A stretch of 64,000 bases of DNA from Patescibacteria group bacterium (GCA_041649315.1 JBAZNJ010000002.1:192851-256850); one strand, 5' to 3'; shown: positions 1 to 10,095, counted from the first letter of the stretch. Notes: generated by a model not told the origin, from the letters alone. A program made the numbers and translations.

Positions 1-54
1 TCCGGCCAGAACGAAATTAAAGTTGAAGTTACTTTAGTTTATGAAGTAAAATAA
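1..54 (+). CDS. 3' end of an upstream CDS running off the window (...SGQNEIKVEVTLVYEVK*)
   Basis: Frame 1 is open from base 1 to TAA at 52-54 and is followed by a hairpin plus T-run. It is too short to name. Confidence 0.35.
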   Translation, partial: SGQNEIKVEVTLVYEVK

Positions 55-74
55 ATATTTAGTGATATAGCTTT

Positions 75-110
75 AAAAGGCCGCTCTCATCTAAGGGGGC
101 GGCTTTTGGA
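75..110 (+). terminator. Rho-independent terminator-like hairpin
   Basis: GGCCGC (80-84) pairs with GCGGC (99-103), flanked by A/T pairs and followed by TTTT. Confidence 0.5.
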
Positions 111-135
111 AATTTTTTGAAAAATACGCTATAAT
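106..135 (+). promoter_or_regulatory. Putative sigma70-type promoter of the 184..1299 gene
   Basis: TTGGAA (106-111), about 18 nt spacer, TATAAT (130-135). Confidence 0.4.
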
Positions 136-183
136 AGAATTATCACTGAATACCATTTTTACTCTATTTCCCATAATTAAACT

Positions 184-1299
184 ATGAAAACTTTACTAAA
201 AACTTGTTTTTTTATCTTATTTTTAACGCTTACCCCGCTCGGCCCAACCGCCGCCGCGGAAAATGTTGGTTTTGCTAATAATAATCTCTGGTTTTCCCGG
301 ACGGAAAATATTCTTGAAGGCGATAGCGTTAAAATTTATACTAATTTAGTGAACGATAGTTATGCTTTTTTCCGGGGAAATCTGACTTTTAACCGCAACG
401 GTCAGGATTTAGGTGATCCAATTACTTTCTCGCTTGGAAAAGAAGAAAGCCGGCTATTCGCTTATACTTGGATTGCGGAAGAAGGGAACCATCAATTCGG
501 CGCCAAGATATCCGAGGCCTATACGATTGATGATGACGGCGTTCAGAAAAGTGTAGCGGATAATGGTTTGGCGGTTATTGCTGCGGAAAATTTTTTTGTT
601 GATGTTGATTCTGACGGCGACGGTTTAGGAAATGAAACCGAGGCCATTCAAGGAACAAATCCTAATAATCCCGATACTGACGGCGACGGTTATAATGACG
701 GAGAAGATACGGCGCCGCTTGATTCTAAAATTTTTCCCGGGCCGGATACGGACGGCGACGGAATTTCTGATTTAGTTGATACGGATATTGATAATGACGG
801 CTTATATAATTGGGAAGAGGAGGCGCTCGGAACTGATCCAAAAAATCGCGATAGCGACGGCGATGGCGTTAGTGATAAGGAAGATTTTTATCCGCTTGAT
901 TCGACGCGCTCGGAAAAAGAAATTCCTAAAGTGATTGAAGAACCAAAGCCTGAAATCAAAACCGAAATAAAAAAAGAAAGTGAGACAACGGGAGCGTTAG
1001 GAAAAATTACTACTTCAAGTGCTGACGAAAATACGACTGATGGGGAAGAAAAAATAACGATTATGGAAATACCTGAAGAATCCGCTATACCTAATGACTC
1101 TTTGGAAAATACGATAATCATGGAAACTAGGAATAATGAAAATTCTTTCAATCCGGCCGAATTACCTCGCCGTTCCTTCTTGGCCGCGACTTTTAGTGAT
1201 CCGCTAACCGCGATTCCGGCGATTTTAGTTATTCTTGCCGCTTGTGGCGCCTTGATTTTCTTCGGCCTTTGGCTTAAAGCTAAGCGACGGATAAAATAA
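184..1299 (+). CDS. Secreted calcium-binding repeat protein (thrombospondin type-3-like DxDxDG repeats) with a C-terminal membrane anchor
   Basis: N-terminal signal peptide. At least five DSDGDG/DTDGDG/DIDNDG repeats. Acidic low-complexity linker. C-terminal hydrophobic helix followed by KAKRRIK. Confidence 0.8.
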   Translation: MKTLLKTCFFILFLTLTPLGPTAAAENVGFANNNLWFSRTENILEGDSVKIYTNLVNDSYAFFRGNLTFNRNGQDLGDPITFSLGKEESRLFAYTWIAEEGNHQFGAKISEAYTIDDDGVQKSVADNGLAVIAAENFFVDVDSDGDGLGNETEAIQGTNPNNPDTDGDGYNDGEDTAPLDSKIFPGPDTDGDGISDLVDTDIDNDGLYNWEEEALGTDPKNRDSDGDGVSDKEDFYPLDSTRSEKEIPKVIEEPKPEIKTEIKKESETTGALGKITTSSADENTTDGEEKITIMEIPEESAIPNDSLENTIIMETRNNENSFNPAELPRRSFLAATFSDPLTAIPAILVILAACGALIFFGLWLKAKRRIK

Positions 1300-1380
1300 T
1301 AACATTCCGGGCTCATCGAGCTACAATTAAAAAATATATAAAATAAATAGGGAATTAAAAATAAAAAATAAAGATAATAA

Positions 1381-1412
1381 AAAACCGCTTCTTTTAAAAA
1401 GCGGTTTTATTT
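1381..1412. terminator. Bidirectional terminator between convergent genes
   Basis: AAAACCGCTT (1381-1390) pairs with AAGCGGTTTT (1399-1408). An A-run and a T-run flank it. Confidence 0.65.
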
Positions 1413-1505
1413 CTCAGTATTTTGAACGCCGGGTTCACGGATAAAAGGCAAGATGAGCAAGCCTCGCAAAACCGAACTCTTTTTTAGGCCTAAATTTCAG
1501 CTGTA

Positions 1506-2249
1506 TTAAATAACCGCTGCCAGGTTAACCCCGGTTTCAATCTCTTCGACCAGGCCCTGTAAAAACCCAGCGAACTCTTGAAAAGAGGGAACTATTCGAC
1601 TCTCCGGAATCTCGGCGTCCTTGAATTCCTCAACCGTATTAACCCCGGATGCAATCCCGATAAATTTTATCGGGAAACCGCTATTTTTAACCGCGGCGTA
1701 ATCATACTCTAGGGTATCCCCGAAGTAAAAAATATCTTCTATACTAACTTTTTCTCGGAATGACATTTTTATTAGAGGCCGGAAAACCCGTCCATCCGGT
1801 TTTATAAACTCATAAGAATCGGCAGTTTGAATATAGTTAAAAATATCTAAATCAAATCCGATTTTCTTAACTGTTTGATTAAGGCATTTACGTTTTCGAC
1901 TAGTAATCAAGACTTTAATTACCTGACTATTTGGAATATAATCAATGGCTTTAACTAAAGAATTGTCAACCGATAAATTATTGTCCATTTCTCGGTTTAA
2001 TACATCGAACTTCTTACGAAATTCCGAGTATTTACAACTACCATTTACCCCGCCGCCGCCGGCTTTATACATAATTTTTAATAATTCTTTAAGGCTCGCG
2101 CCATAATTTTGGCGAAGCGCATTATCAACTTCTTCTGAATCGGATTGCAGACCGGATAACATCAGGGCCATTTTTACTTTTTCAAAACCAAGTGTGGTAC
2201 CGTCAACGACCGTTCCATCAAAATCAAACGCAAAAATTAGTTTTCCCAT
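1506..2249 (-). CDS. HAD-superfamily hydrolase
   Basis: Motif I FAFDFDGTVVDG (DxDGT). A later ITSR and a FGDTLEYD-type motif IV. Confidence 0.8.
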   Translation of the reverse strand: MGKLIFAFDFDGTVVDGTTLGFEKVKMALMLSGLQSDSEEVDNALRQNYGASLKELLKIMYKAGGGGVNGSCKYSEFRKKFDVLNREMDNNLSVDNSLVKAIDYIPNSQVIKVLITSRKRKCLNQTVKKIGFDLDIFNYIQTADSYEFIKPDGRVFRPLIKMSFREKVSIEDIFYFGDTLEYDYAAVKNSGFPIKFIGIASGVNTVEEFKDAEIPESRIVPSFQEFAGFLQGLVEEIETGVNLAAVI

Positions 2250-2467
2250 TTCTTAAAATTTTAAGGTTAATATAAAATATTTAATAATTTTAAAGTTCTT
2301 TTTTAAAACATCTTAAAAACATTTTAAGTTTTTACAACTCCTCCGCAAATCATTACACGGATCCAAAAACTTATAATATAAAGATGTTTTTTATATTTAA
2401 CATTATTATCCGCAATTCGTCAAGAGATTACGACTCCGCACCGAAAATCGTTGGCATTCCAAAACCC

Positions 2468-2500
2468 TTGACATTACCTAAAAAACTGCTATTATATAAA
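2468..2500 (+). promoter_or_regulatory. Promoter of the rplJ-rplL operon
   Basis: ACCCTTGACA (-35 at 2468-2473) followed 17-19 nt later by ATTATATAAA. Confidence 0.55.
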
Positions 2501-2515
2501 CATAATTAAAGATTA

Positions 2516-2621
2516 CCGCAGACCGCAAGCTTTTCGGCGCTTTCGCCGAATATAAGTTCTTGCCGAGGTAAAAACGAAAAATCGCTGATTTTCAGCGCTA
2601 TTTCGTCAATCCGGTCTGTGG
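2516..2621 (+). promoter_or_regulatory. Structured rplJ 5' leader (candidate L10 autoregulatory leader)
   Basis: A 10-bp long-range stem, CCGCAGACCG (2516-2525) with CGGTCTGTGG (2612-2621, one G-U pair). It encloses the hairpins TTCGGCG-CTTT-CGCCGAA and GCTGA-TTT-TCAGC. A T-run follows at 2631-2636. Position upstream of rplJ matches known L10-leader logic. Confidence 0.5.
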
Positions 2622-2656
2622 CAACACGGATTTTTTGTTTAATAAAGAATAAAAAT

Positions 2657-3190
2657 ATGCCAAAAAATAAAGTCCAAAAAGGAGAGATTTCTCGCGACTT
2701 AAGCGAGAAAATTAAAAAATCAAAATCAATAATCTTTGCCGGCTTCAACGCGCTCGGTGTTAAAGATAACGAAAATTTGCGCGACCAGCTCCGGAAAGAA
2801 AACGGCGAATATTATGTCGCTAAAAAAACCTTAATGAATCTGGCTTTGAAAGAAAATAAAATTGATCTAAACGCCAGGGAATTTGCGGGTAAAGTCGCCG
2901 CCCTATTCGCCTATGAGGACGAAATCGCCCCGGCGAAAATCTTGGGTAACTTCCGCAAAGATAAGGAAAAGACGGAAAAAATTTCTTTCTTAGGCGGTAT
3001 TCTGGACGGAAAACTTTTATCAAAAGAAGAGGCCGAAGCTTTGTCTAATCTGCCGAGTAAGCCGGAATTATATGCTAAGATTGTTGGCTCGCTTAATGCT
3101 CCGGTTTCCGGTTTTGTTAATGTCTTGGCCGGTAACTTTCGTAAATTAGTCTATGTCTTAAAAGCGATAGAAACTAAAAAAACTAATTAA
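2657..3190 (+). CDS. rplJ: 50S ribosomal protein L10
   Basis: L10-like sequence (AGFNALGVKDNENLRDQLRK..., C-terminal L7/L12-binding helix). I place the start at ATG 2657. The track's GTG at 2618 lies inside the leader stem. Confidence 0.9.
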   Translation: MPKNKVQKGEISRDLSEKIKKSKSIIFAGFNALGVKDNENLRDQLRKENGEYYVAKKTLMNLALKENKIDLNAREFAGKVAALFAYEDEIAPAKILGNFRKDKEKTEKISFLGGILDGKLLSKEEAEALSNLPSKPELYAKIVGSLNAPVSGFVNVLAGNFRKLVYVLKAIETKKTN

Positions 3191-3270
3191 TTAATATATA
3201 AATTTAAGGCCTTCTTGGATATTTGTCCTTATTTAAGTAAAGACGGATTCAAAAAAGCCGAAATAAAACT

Positions 3271-3669
3271 ATGGAAGAAGAAAAAAATGTTGTTGTCCCG
3301 GCTAAATTTGAAAAATTAGTCGGCGAAATCGAAAAAATGAGCGTTTTGGATTTAGCGGAACTCGTTAAAATCCTGGAAGAGAAATTCGGCGTAAGTGCCG
3401 CGGCTCCGGCCATGATGATGGCGGCGGGTGCGGGTGCAGCCGCTCCGGTGGAAGAGAAAGACAGCTTTGACGTGGAAATCACTGATGGCGGCGCCAGCAA
3501 GATTAATGTTATCAAAGCGGTGCGTGAGTTAACGGAAATGGGCTTAAAAGAAGCCAAAGATTTAGTTGACGGCGCCCCAAAGGTCTTGAAGGAAGGCGTA
3601 AAGAAAGCCGACGCGGAAGCTATGAAAAAGAAATTAGAAGAGGCCGGCGCGAAAGTGACCTTAAAATAA
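3271..3669 (+). CDS. rplL: 50S ribosomal protein L7/L12
   Basis: Classic layout: N-terminal dimerisation helix, Ala/Gly/Met hinge, C-terminal [23 protein letters not shown]. Confidence 0.95.
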   Translation: MEEEKNVVVPAKFEKLVGEIEKMSVLDLAELVKILEEKFGVSAAAPAMMMAAGAGAAAPVEEKDSFDVEITDGGASKINVIKAVRELTEMGLKEAKDLVDGAPKVLKEGVKKADAEAMKKKLEEAGAKVTLK

Positions 3670-3761
3670 TATTTGGAATAATCAGGAATAAATTAAGAAT
3701 ATATTAAAACGAATCTTTCCTTGCTAAATTTTTCCTTTTTAATCCATTAAATAACTCAAAC

Positions 3762-3788
3762 AAAAAACCGCTATTAAGCGGTTTTTTG
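3762..3788 (+). terminator. Terminator after rplL
   Basis: ACCGCT-ATTA-AGCGGT hairpin flanked by A6 and T6. Confidence 0.7.
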
Positions 3789-3859
3789 TTATATTAATAA
3801 TCCAGCGATTTTAATTTATGGTTAAACCAATTAAATCCGTCTTATTCACCCCTTTATCC

Positions 3860-6163
3860 TTATTGATTAAGTTCTACTTTATACAACTTCTCCCCGCTTA
3901 GAAAATAAGCAAATTTTCCGGCCTCATCAATCGCGATATCACTCACCGTTTCTAAAGAATCAACTAAATACTGCGCTATCAAGCCGCCGTTGTTTTTTGA
4001 ATCTTTATCATTAATCAAAACCACCAAGCGTTTGGAAGCGGCTTCAAAAACGTAAAGACGCTTGTTGCTGATGATTATCTTACCCGCCGATTCCATGGCC
4101 GGCGCAAACGACTCGACTTTATAGTCCTCCGCTTTACCGACATAAAATTTTTGAATCGCGCCGTCTTGATCAAGAATATAAATACTGCCGTCAATCGCCA
4201 TATCCCGCGCCCGGCTCAAATCAACTTCTTCTTTAAACCACGGCGCTTTCACGCCATAAGTCGCGCCGCTCTTATTTGAACGATAAACCTGATTTTTATC
4301 TCGGACCAAGGAATAAAGATTGTCGTTAAAAATCTTAAAAGAAATAACATTTTCCGCCTTTAAATCATCCGGCACCTTCAAAATCTCACTCTTATTATCC
4401 TTTACATTTAAACGAATTATCTGATCCGTATCCCAATAATATAAATAATTATTATACAGCTGAGGCCGGTTTAAGTTCTTAGCGCCGGCGACCGCGATTT
4501 TTACTGGCGCGGTTTCGTCCGCGAGATTATATATAGAATCTCCACCCGCGCCATAGATTCGGCCGTCGGCAAAAACAAGATTATTAATTCCTAAACCGAC
4601 TAAATCGCTCACCTCCGCCGCTGTCGCCCGGACAACCCGATTTATTTTTTCTTCCTGCTCTTTAAGTTTATCTTCTAAGCGACGATAAACTTCCCGCTGG
4701 GCTTCGGTCTTTTGAGGTAAGGTCGTTAATAAAGCGCTAGCGTCCGTTAAAACCGTTCCGGCACCAACTCGATCGTCATAAAGCAGATGAGCGTCTATCA
4801 AGCTTTCTTTTTCCTCGATCAAAACTATTAACTTATCAAATTCTTCCTTGGCCGCCTGGCGATTCTGCCTTATGCCGGTAAAGATTAAACTGACCGCAAA
4901 GACCAAAATTACCACGCCTAACCCAATGAACAAAGGTCGCCGGCTAACTTTTAGCTCACCGAAACGATTTTTAAACCCGGCTAAAACCCGATTTAAAACA
5001 GAAACGGATTTTTTAAAAATCATCGCCGAACGGCTAAGCAGGCCGCCATGAGAAAAAGATTTTTCTCCTTTAAAAAATACTTCTTCCTTAACCATAAAAG
5101 AATCGGATCGCGCTAAATTCAAATTATTTTTCAAGCTATTAACTTTACCGATATTTAGAGGCGGCGGCGGAACCGGGGTTTGGGTAGACGGCGCTTGCCG
5201 TTCCTGTTTTACTCGGGTTTCTTGAGTCGGAACAGCCGCGCGACGCTTTTGATTAAACTCTCTTATTTGCCTGAAAATCTTGGAAAAACTTATTAATCCG
5301 GCCGGGGAAAGCATCATTTCAGTCTTCTGCTCGGTTCGATTAAGCGAAGAAATCGAAGCGCCGACTGAACTTAGGTCGGCCTGTTCTTCCCGAGCTTCAC
5401 GAACAGCCGATTTTATTTCTTGTTCAGCTAAACCGACCGTATTTTTAATAATAAGCCCTAAAAAAGGAACATAATTATTAATTTTCGCTAAGACATTCTT
5501 GATTTGTTCAGCCGCAGTAATCGGGGGCAACTTAGTAATAATATTTATCATCTCTTTACCGGATAAATATTCTGGCAAAGCTTCACTGGCAAAAACAAAA
5601 TAAGATCCGGTCGGAATTTCGCCGCTCACGACCGAAGAAAATAGGGAAGGTGTTTTCGCTTCGGCCACGGAAGAAGTGCTTTTAGCCGTTGCGCTCTCAG
5701 CGGCATTGGTTTCCACATTAATCAACTCGTAATTTTCACCGCGCCGATAAATCAACAAGGCCTTATTCCGGCCAAAAGTGGAAAAATGTAATTTATTTTC
5801 GTAAATGACTCCTAAAGTAAGGTCGGTCGCCTCCGGATTGATTCTTATTTTTTCCGCAACTAAAAATTCATTCAATCCTTTGTTTATTTTAGCTAAAGAG
5901 GCCTCAAAAATATTCTCAATTTTCAAACCCTCAATCTTATCGCGCAAAAAAATCTTCTCATCATTATAGTAATATTCCTCCACGGCCGCGCTTAAAAAAT
6001 CAAAGATTTTCCGACCTTCGGCCTTCTTCCCGCCGATCTGGGCTAAGATAAAAACCTTGCCGGCCAGGTTCTCTTTAACCGCATCCGGCTGAGCCACGAA
6101 AACATCGCTAAAATCACCGGATTTTCCAGCATTTAAAATAATTGAAGAAAGCTTATTATACAT
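3860..6163 (-). CDS. Large single-pass membrane protein of unknown function (767 aa)
   Basis: Long ORF with host-like codon use. One central TM helix (LFIGLGVVILVFAVSLIFTG). C-terminal half has repetitive beta-rich segments. I recognised no catalytic motif. Confidence 0.7.
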   Translation of the reverse strand: MYNKLSSIILNAGKSGDFSDVFVAQPDAVKENLAGKVFILAQIGGKKAEGRKIFDFLSAAVEEYYYNDEKIFLRDKIEGLKIENIFEASLAKINKGLNEFLVAEKIRINPEATDLTLGVIYENKLHFSTFGRNKALLIYRRGENYELINVETNAAESATAKSTSSVAEAKTPSLFSSVVSGEIPTGSYFVFASEALPEYLSGKEMINIITKLPPITAAEQIKNVLAKINNYVPFLGLIIKNTVGLAEQEIKSAVREAREEQADLSSVGASISSLNRTEQKTEMMLSPAGLISFSKIFRQIREFNQKRRAAVPTQETRVKQERQAPSTQTPVPPPPLNIGKVNSLKNNLNLARSDSFMVKEEVFFKGEKSFSHGGLLSRSAMIFKKSVSVLNRVLAGFKNRFGELKVSRRPLFIGLGVVILVFAVSLIFTGIRQNRQAAKEEFDKLIVLIEEKESLIDAHLLYDDRVGAGTVLTDASALLTTLPQKTEAQREVYRRLEDKLKEQEEKINRVVRATAAEVSDLVGLGINNLVFADGRIYGAGGDSIYNLADETAPVKIAVAGAKNLNRPQLYNNYLYYWDTDQIIRLNVKDNKSEILKVPDDLKAENVISFKIFNDNLYSLVRDKNQVYRSNKSGATYGVKAPWFKEEVDLSRARDMAIDGSIYILDQDGAIQKFYVGKAEDYKVESFAPAMESAGKIIISNKRLYVFEAASKRLVVLINDKDSKNNGGLIAQYLVDSLETVSDIAIDEAGKFAYFLSGEKLYKVELNQ

Positions 6164-6197
6164 AAAAACATCAACCGTCTAAAACGATCTTTTAAGT

Positions 6198-6226
6198 TTG
6201 ACTGTTTCTCTTTAATATTATAGTAT
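6198..6226 (+). promoter_or_regulatory. Putative promoter of the 6247 regulator gene
   Basis: TTGACT (6198-6203), 17 nt spacer, TAGTAT (6221-6226). Confidence 0.45.
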
Positions 6227-6246
6227 AAATCCATAAATAAAGAAAT

Positions 6247-6840
6247 ATGCTTAGCGCCCTTTTCGGCTCTGCCGCCAAAGCCAAAATTCTTAATTTTTTC
6301 TTGTTAAATCCAGAAAAAACCGCTAATATAAGCGAATTATCTAAAATTTTAGCTTTAGGAGTGGCAATAGCCCGTCGGGAAACGGAAAATCTGGTAAAAA
6401 TCGGCCTAATCAAGGAGGTTAAAGAAAAGATTGATTTAAAAGAAAAGTCAGGGAAAATAACCGGGAAAAACCGGCGTTTCCGGGCGACGGAGAATTTCAT
6501 CCTTTACCCGGAAATCAAAGCCCTTTTAATTAAAGCTCGGATTTTACCAGTCCAAAAATTATTAGATAATCTAGGCCGTAATTGCCAATTAAAACTCCTG
6601 CTCCTAACCGGGGTATTTGTTAACCGCTCAGATGTGCCAATTGATCTCTTAATCGTCGGGACTTTACCGCGCCGGATTTTAACGCCTTTAATTAATGGAC
6701 TGGAGAAAGATTTGGACCGGGAAATAAATTTTACGATCTTAACGGAAAAAGAATACAATTATCGCCGGGAAGTTATGGATATTTTCTTATACAATGTCTT
6801 GGAAGGGGAAAACCTAATTTTAATAAATAATTTAACCTAA
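6247..6840 (+). CDS. Putative winged-helix transcriptional regulator with an uncharacterised C-terminal domain
   Basis: N-terminal ArsR/MarR-like wHTH pattern (AKILNFFLLNPEKTANISELSKILALGVAIARRETENLVKIGLI). Confidence 0.55.
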   Translation: MLSALFGSAAKAKILNFFLLNPEKTANISELSKILALGVAIARRETENLVKIGLIKEVKEKIDLKEKSGKITGKNRRFRATENFILYPEIKALLIKARILPVQKLLDNLGRNCQLKLLLLTGVFVNRSDVPIDLLIVGTLPRRILTPLINGLEKDLDREINFTILTEKEYNYRREVMDIFLYNVLEGENLILINNLT

Positions 6841-6884
6841 AATTAAAAAATTTAAAATTTAATTTAAATAAATTTTTAAAAAAT

Positions 6885-8774
6885 ATGAAAAAATACTTAA
6901 GCCGAACTCTGAAAACCTTATGGTTTTTAATAAAATACGGTTTATTGACTCTCGCTGGTTTGGTGATTATTATCTTAATCATCCTTAGCGGCGCTTATCG
7001 CGATTTAAAAAACGCGGCCCAGGCCGGTTTAGCTGGTAAAGCGGAATTAAGCGCGGCCATTAACGTCGCTCAAGAAAAAAATTGGGCGGAGGCGGAAAAT
7101 AGCGCGGCTAGAGCTAATGATCTTTTTAATACCGCTTTAAATGAACTGGAAAAAAGCCGGACTAACTTCGCGATCGCTAAAATCGCGCCGGTTCGCGCCC
7201 AAGTCAACGATCTAGAATATCTTTTAAAAACCACGGAGATTCTTAGCCGTTCAATGAAAAAGGCCGTTCCGATTATCAAGGGCTGGGACGATATCCTGGC
7301 TAACACGGCTAGTCATAAATTTTCCGACTTGCCGGCAGAAGAAAAGGGGCGTTTCTTACAAGCGGTCTATGAATCCGAGCCTGAGATTAACGGCTTAAAA
7401 GCAAATCTTGATTTGGCTGTTTTAAATTTAGATAAGATCCATAAGATCGGCGTCTTATGGCCGGTTTACAGTGAAATTTCCGATATCAAACAAGAATTAG
7501 AACAAGCGACGGTCTTAATGGATAAAGCCACGACTTTAGTAAAAATGATTCCGGCCTTAGCTGGCTATCCAAACTCCAGCCGCTTCTTGCTGGTCTTACA
7601 AAATAACGACGAACTTCGGCCGAGCGGCGGCTTTATCGGCGTTTATGGAATCCTAGAAAGTCGGAATGGAGAAATCGTCTATCTAAAGACCAATGATAGT
7701 TATCACTTGGACATGCCGGCGTCTTTAAATAATTGGGATTTAGAACCGCCTATGGCGATTAAAAAATATTTAGCCGTTGAAAAATGGTATCTGCGCGACG
7801 CGAACTGGTCGCCGGATTGGCCGACTTCCGCGCAACAGATAGAAAAAATATTCAATGGCGAGCTTCAAGCGGCCGGAGAAACGCCGGATAATTTTACCGG
7901 CATTATCGCGATTAATCCGGATCTAATCGCCGACTTACTCCGGCTCGTCGGACCGATTACGATTGACGATGAAACTTATACGCCAGATAATTTCCAACCG
8001 CTCTTACAGTATAATGTAGAAATCGCTTATAAAGAAAAAGAAATACGCTCTTGGGACCGGAAAGAAATCATTAATGAATTAGTCGGAGAAATCAAGGAGC
8101 GCCTTTTCGGCCTGCCGCTTGATGGCTTAGGCGAACTTTTAAAAATCGCTTCTGATAATATTGATTCAAAAAACCTCCAGATTTATTTTAAGAATAATGA
8201 CTGGCAAAAATTGGCCGGCGATTTAGGCGCGGACGGACGGATCCGAGATTTTTCCGGCGATTATTTCTTAGTTGTTGACAGTAATCTCGGCGCCTTAAAA
8301 AGCGACGCTGTAATTAAAAAAGAATTCGCTTATACGATGACCGCAGAAAAGGAAGGGAATCCGAAAGCGGCGCTTAAGCTTACTTATAAACATGAAGGCG
8401 GCTTTGACTGGCGGACGACTCGCTACCGCACCTATACCCGCCTTTACGCGCCTTTAGGTAGCCGTTTACTGTCTTTAGAGGGTTTAGATGAGGTTAACGC
8501 CGACTTTAGCACGGAAGACGATTTAGCTTTAAATAAGACCGTTTTCGCTTTTTTCTGGAATATCGAACCGGGCACGACTGGCCAAATTACGATAAACTAT
8601 CTTTTACCGGAAACAATTAAAACCCAGATTGCTAATGACGAGTATCGCCTCTTAGTTCAAAAGCAATCCGGTCAAAGAGTGGAAGCGCTCAATGTTTCTT
8701 TGGAAGGATTAAAACGGCGACCTTTGCAATGGACGACTAATCTGGAAACAGAAAAGGTCTTTTACGCGCAATAA
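6885..8774 (+). CDS. DUF4012-like membrane-anchored protein
   Basis: N-terminal TM helix. The stretch LLVLQNNDELRPSGGFIGVYG matches, from memory, the DUF4012 hallmark. Located at the head of a glycan cluster. Confidence 0.7.
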   Translation: MKKYLSRTLKTLWFLIKYGLLTLAGLVIIILIILSGAYRDLKNAAQAGLAGKAELSAAINVAQEKNWAEAENSAARANDLFNTALNELEKSRTNFAIAKIAPVRAQVNDLEYLLKTTEILSRSMKKAVPIIKGWDDILANTASHKFSDLPAEEKGRFLQAVYESEPEINGLKANLDLAVLNLDKIHKIGVLWPVYSEISDIKQELEQATVLMDKATTLVKMIPALAGYPNSSRFLLVLQNNDELRPSGGFIGVYGILESRNGEIVYLKTNDSYHLDMPASLNNWDLEPPMAIKKYLAVEKWYLRDANWSPDWPTSAQQIEKIFNGELQAAGETPDNFTGIIAINPDLIADLLRLVGPITIDDETYTPDNFQPLLQYNVEIAYKEKEIRSWDRKEIINELVGEIKERLFGLPLDGLGELLKIASDNIDSKNLQIYFKNNDWQKLAGDLGADGRIRDFSGDYFLVVDSNLGALKSDAVIKKEFAYTMTAEKEGNPKAALKLTYKHEGGFDWRTTRYRTYTRLYAPLGSRLLSLEGLDEVNADFSTEDDLALNKTVFAFFWNIEPGTTGQITINYLLPETIKTQIANDEYRLLVQKQSGQRVEALNVSLEGLKRRPLQWTTNLETEKVFYAQ

Positions 8775-8798
8775 ATTAACGCGCCTTTAATCATAATT

Positions 8799-10088
8799 AT
8801 GATCATCTTAATTCCGGTCCTAATCTTCCTCCTGGCTATTTTTTCCGCTTGGCCGGAAACAATGCTTTATGCTGTTGCTTTCTGTCTCCCGATTATTGAT
8901 TGGAATTTTTCTTTCCAAGGATTTACTCTGCCTTTAGCCGACCTCGTCGCTTTGACGGCCTTGATCGCTTTTAGCGGGCGCTTGCTTTTTCAACGCCTGT
9001 TCAAAAACGCTATTTTAGTAAAAATAAATTGGCCACTCCTTAAGCCCTGGTTGGCCTTTTTAGCTATCGCCGCCTTAGCCGCGCTTTTATCGGCAAACCT
9101 GCTCGCCTCGCTCTGGTATGTAGTCCGTTGGCTCATTTTGCTTTACTTTACTTATATCTTCCTGCCTTATAACCTCCTAACGGACGGGAAGCGGCTTAAA
9201 AAAACAATTATTGCCCTAGCCATAAGTTCGCTGGTCGTTTTAGTAAGCGGATATCTCTCGCTTTACGGCCAGGATTGGCGCGACAGCTTTTTCCGAATAA
9301 AATCTTTATCCTTCTTCGGGGTTTATCCTTTCGGCGAGAACCATAATCTGACCGCTGAATTTTTAAATGTCGGCGCATTTATGCTCCTGGCCTGGCGGGA
9401 ATTTTTAAAAGACCCACGAGCGCGCCGCTGGTGTGAGGTCGGATTTATTTTTTCTGCCTTAGCAATCGTCCTAACTTTTTCCCGGGCCGGTTGGATAACT
9501 TTATTTCTACAACTGGCGATTTATGCCTGGTATAAATTAAAAGGCCGCCAACGTTTAACCGGCGCCTTTATCGCTATTGGCTTGCTTTTAATAATGTCGC
9601 CGTTCTTATGGAAAATGTTTGAGCTACAAAAAAATAATGTGAGTTCAACAGAAAATCGACTCTTGCTGGCGGAAATTTCTTGGCAGGCCTTCCGGGAAAA
9701 ACCTTATCTTGGCTATGGCCCGGGCGAATTTATAAATTTAGTTGATAAAAATCTGCGTTTCCGCGCGAAATATGGCGCGCCGCTTGATTCGCATGGCATG
9801 TTCCAAAAAGTTCTAGCCGAAACTGGATTATTCGGTCTAGCCGCTTGGATTTTTATCTTGATAATCCTAATAATTAAAGCTGGACGCGCTCTGCGTCTTT
9901 ATTATCGCGATTATCCTTGGATACTGCCTTTAATCTTGGCGGCCGGCGGCGGTTTATTTTTCCAAATTTTCAATACTTCTTACTATAAAGGCAAAGTTTG
10001 GCTGCCGGTTGCTTTATCGCTGGCGGCGATTCGCTTACTGGACGCGAAAATTGAGAAAGCAAAGCAAAACTCAGAAATCGCCAAATAA
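8799..10088 (+). CDS. O-antigen ligase / Wzy-like polytopic membrane protein
   Basis: About 10-12 TM helices. Wzy_C-like loop (TFSRAGWITLFLQL). Glycosyltransferase neighbours. Confidence 0.7.
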   Translation: MIILIPVLIFLLAIFSAWPETMLYAVAFCLPIIDWNFSFQGFTLPLADLVALTALIAFSGRLLFQRLFKNAILVKINWPLLKPWLAFLAIAALAALLSANLLASLWYVVRWLILLYFTYIFLPYNLLTDGKRLKKTIIALAISSLVVLVSGYLSLYGQDWRDSFFRIKSLSFFGVYPFGENHNLTAEFLNVGAFMLLAWREFLKDPRARRWCEVGFIFSALAIVLTFSRAGWITLFLQLAIYAWYKLKGRQRLTGAFIAIGLLLIMSPFLWKMFELQKNNVSSTENRLLLAEISWQAFREKPYLGYGPGEFINLVDKNLRFRAKYGAPLDSHGMFQKVLAETGLFGLAAWIFILIILIIKAGRALRLYYRDYPWILPLILAAGGGLFFQIFNTSYYKGKVWLPVALSLAAIRLLDAKIEKAKQNSEIAK

Positions 10089-10095
10089 ATTATTT

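Noticed and set aside
2506-2748. An 80-aa minus-strand ORF opposite the rplJ leader and start.
   Set aside because: It is antisense to the structured L10 leader and to the rplJ 5' end. It is a shadow ORF with no supporting signals.
10009-10095. An upstream extension of the first GT4 ORF that overlaps the O-antigen-ligase-like gene.
   Set aside because: The extension is a basic, low-complexity out-of-frame read of the upstream gene's 3' end. ATG 10096 begins 8 nt after that gene's stop.
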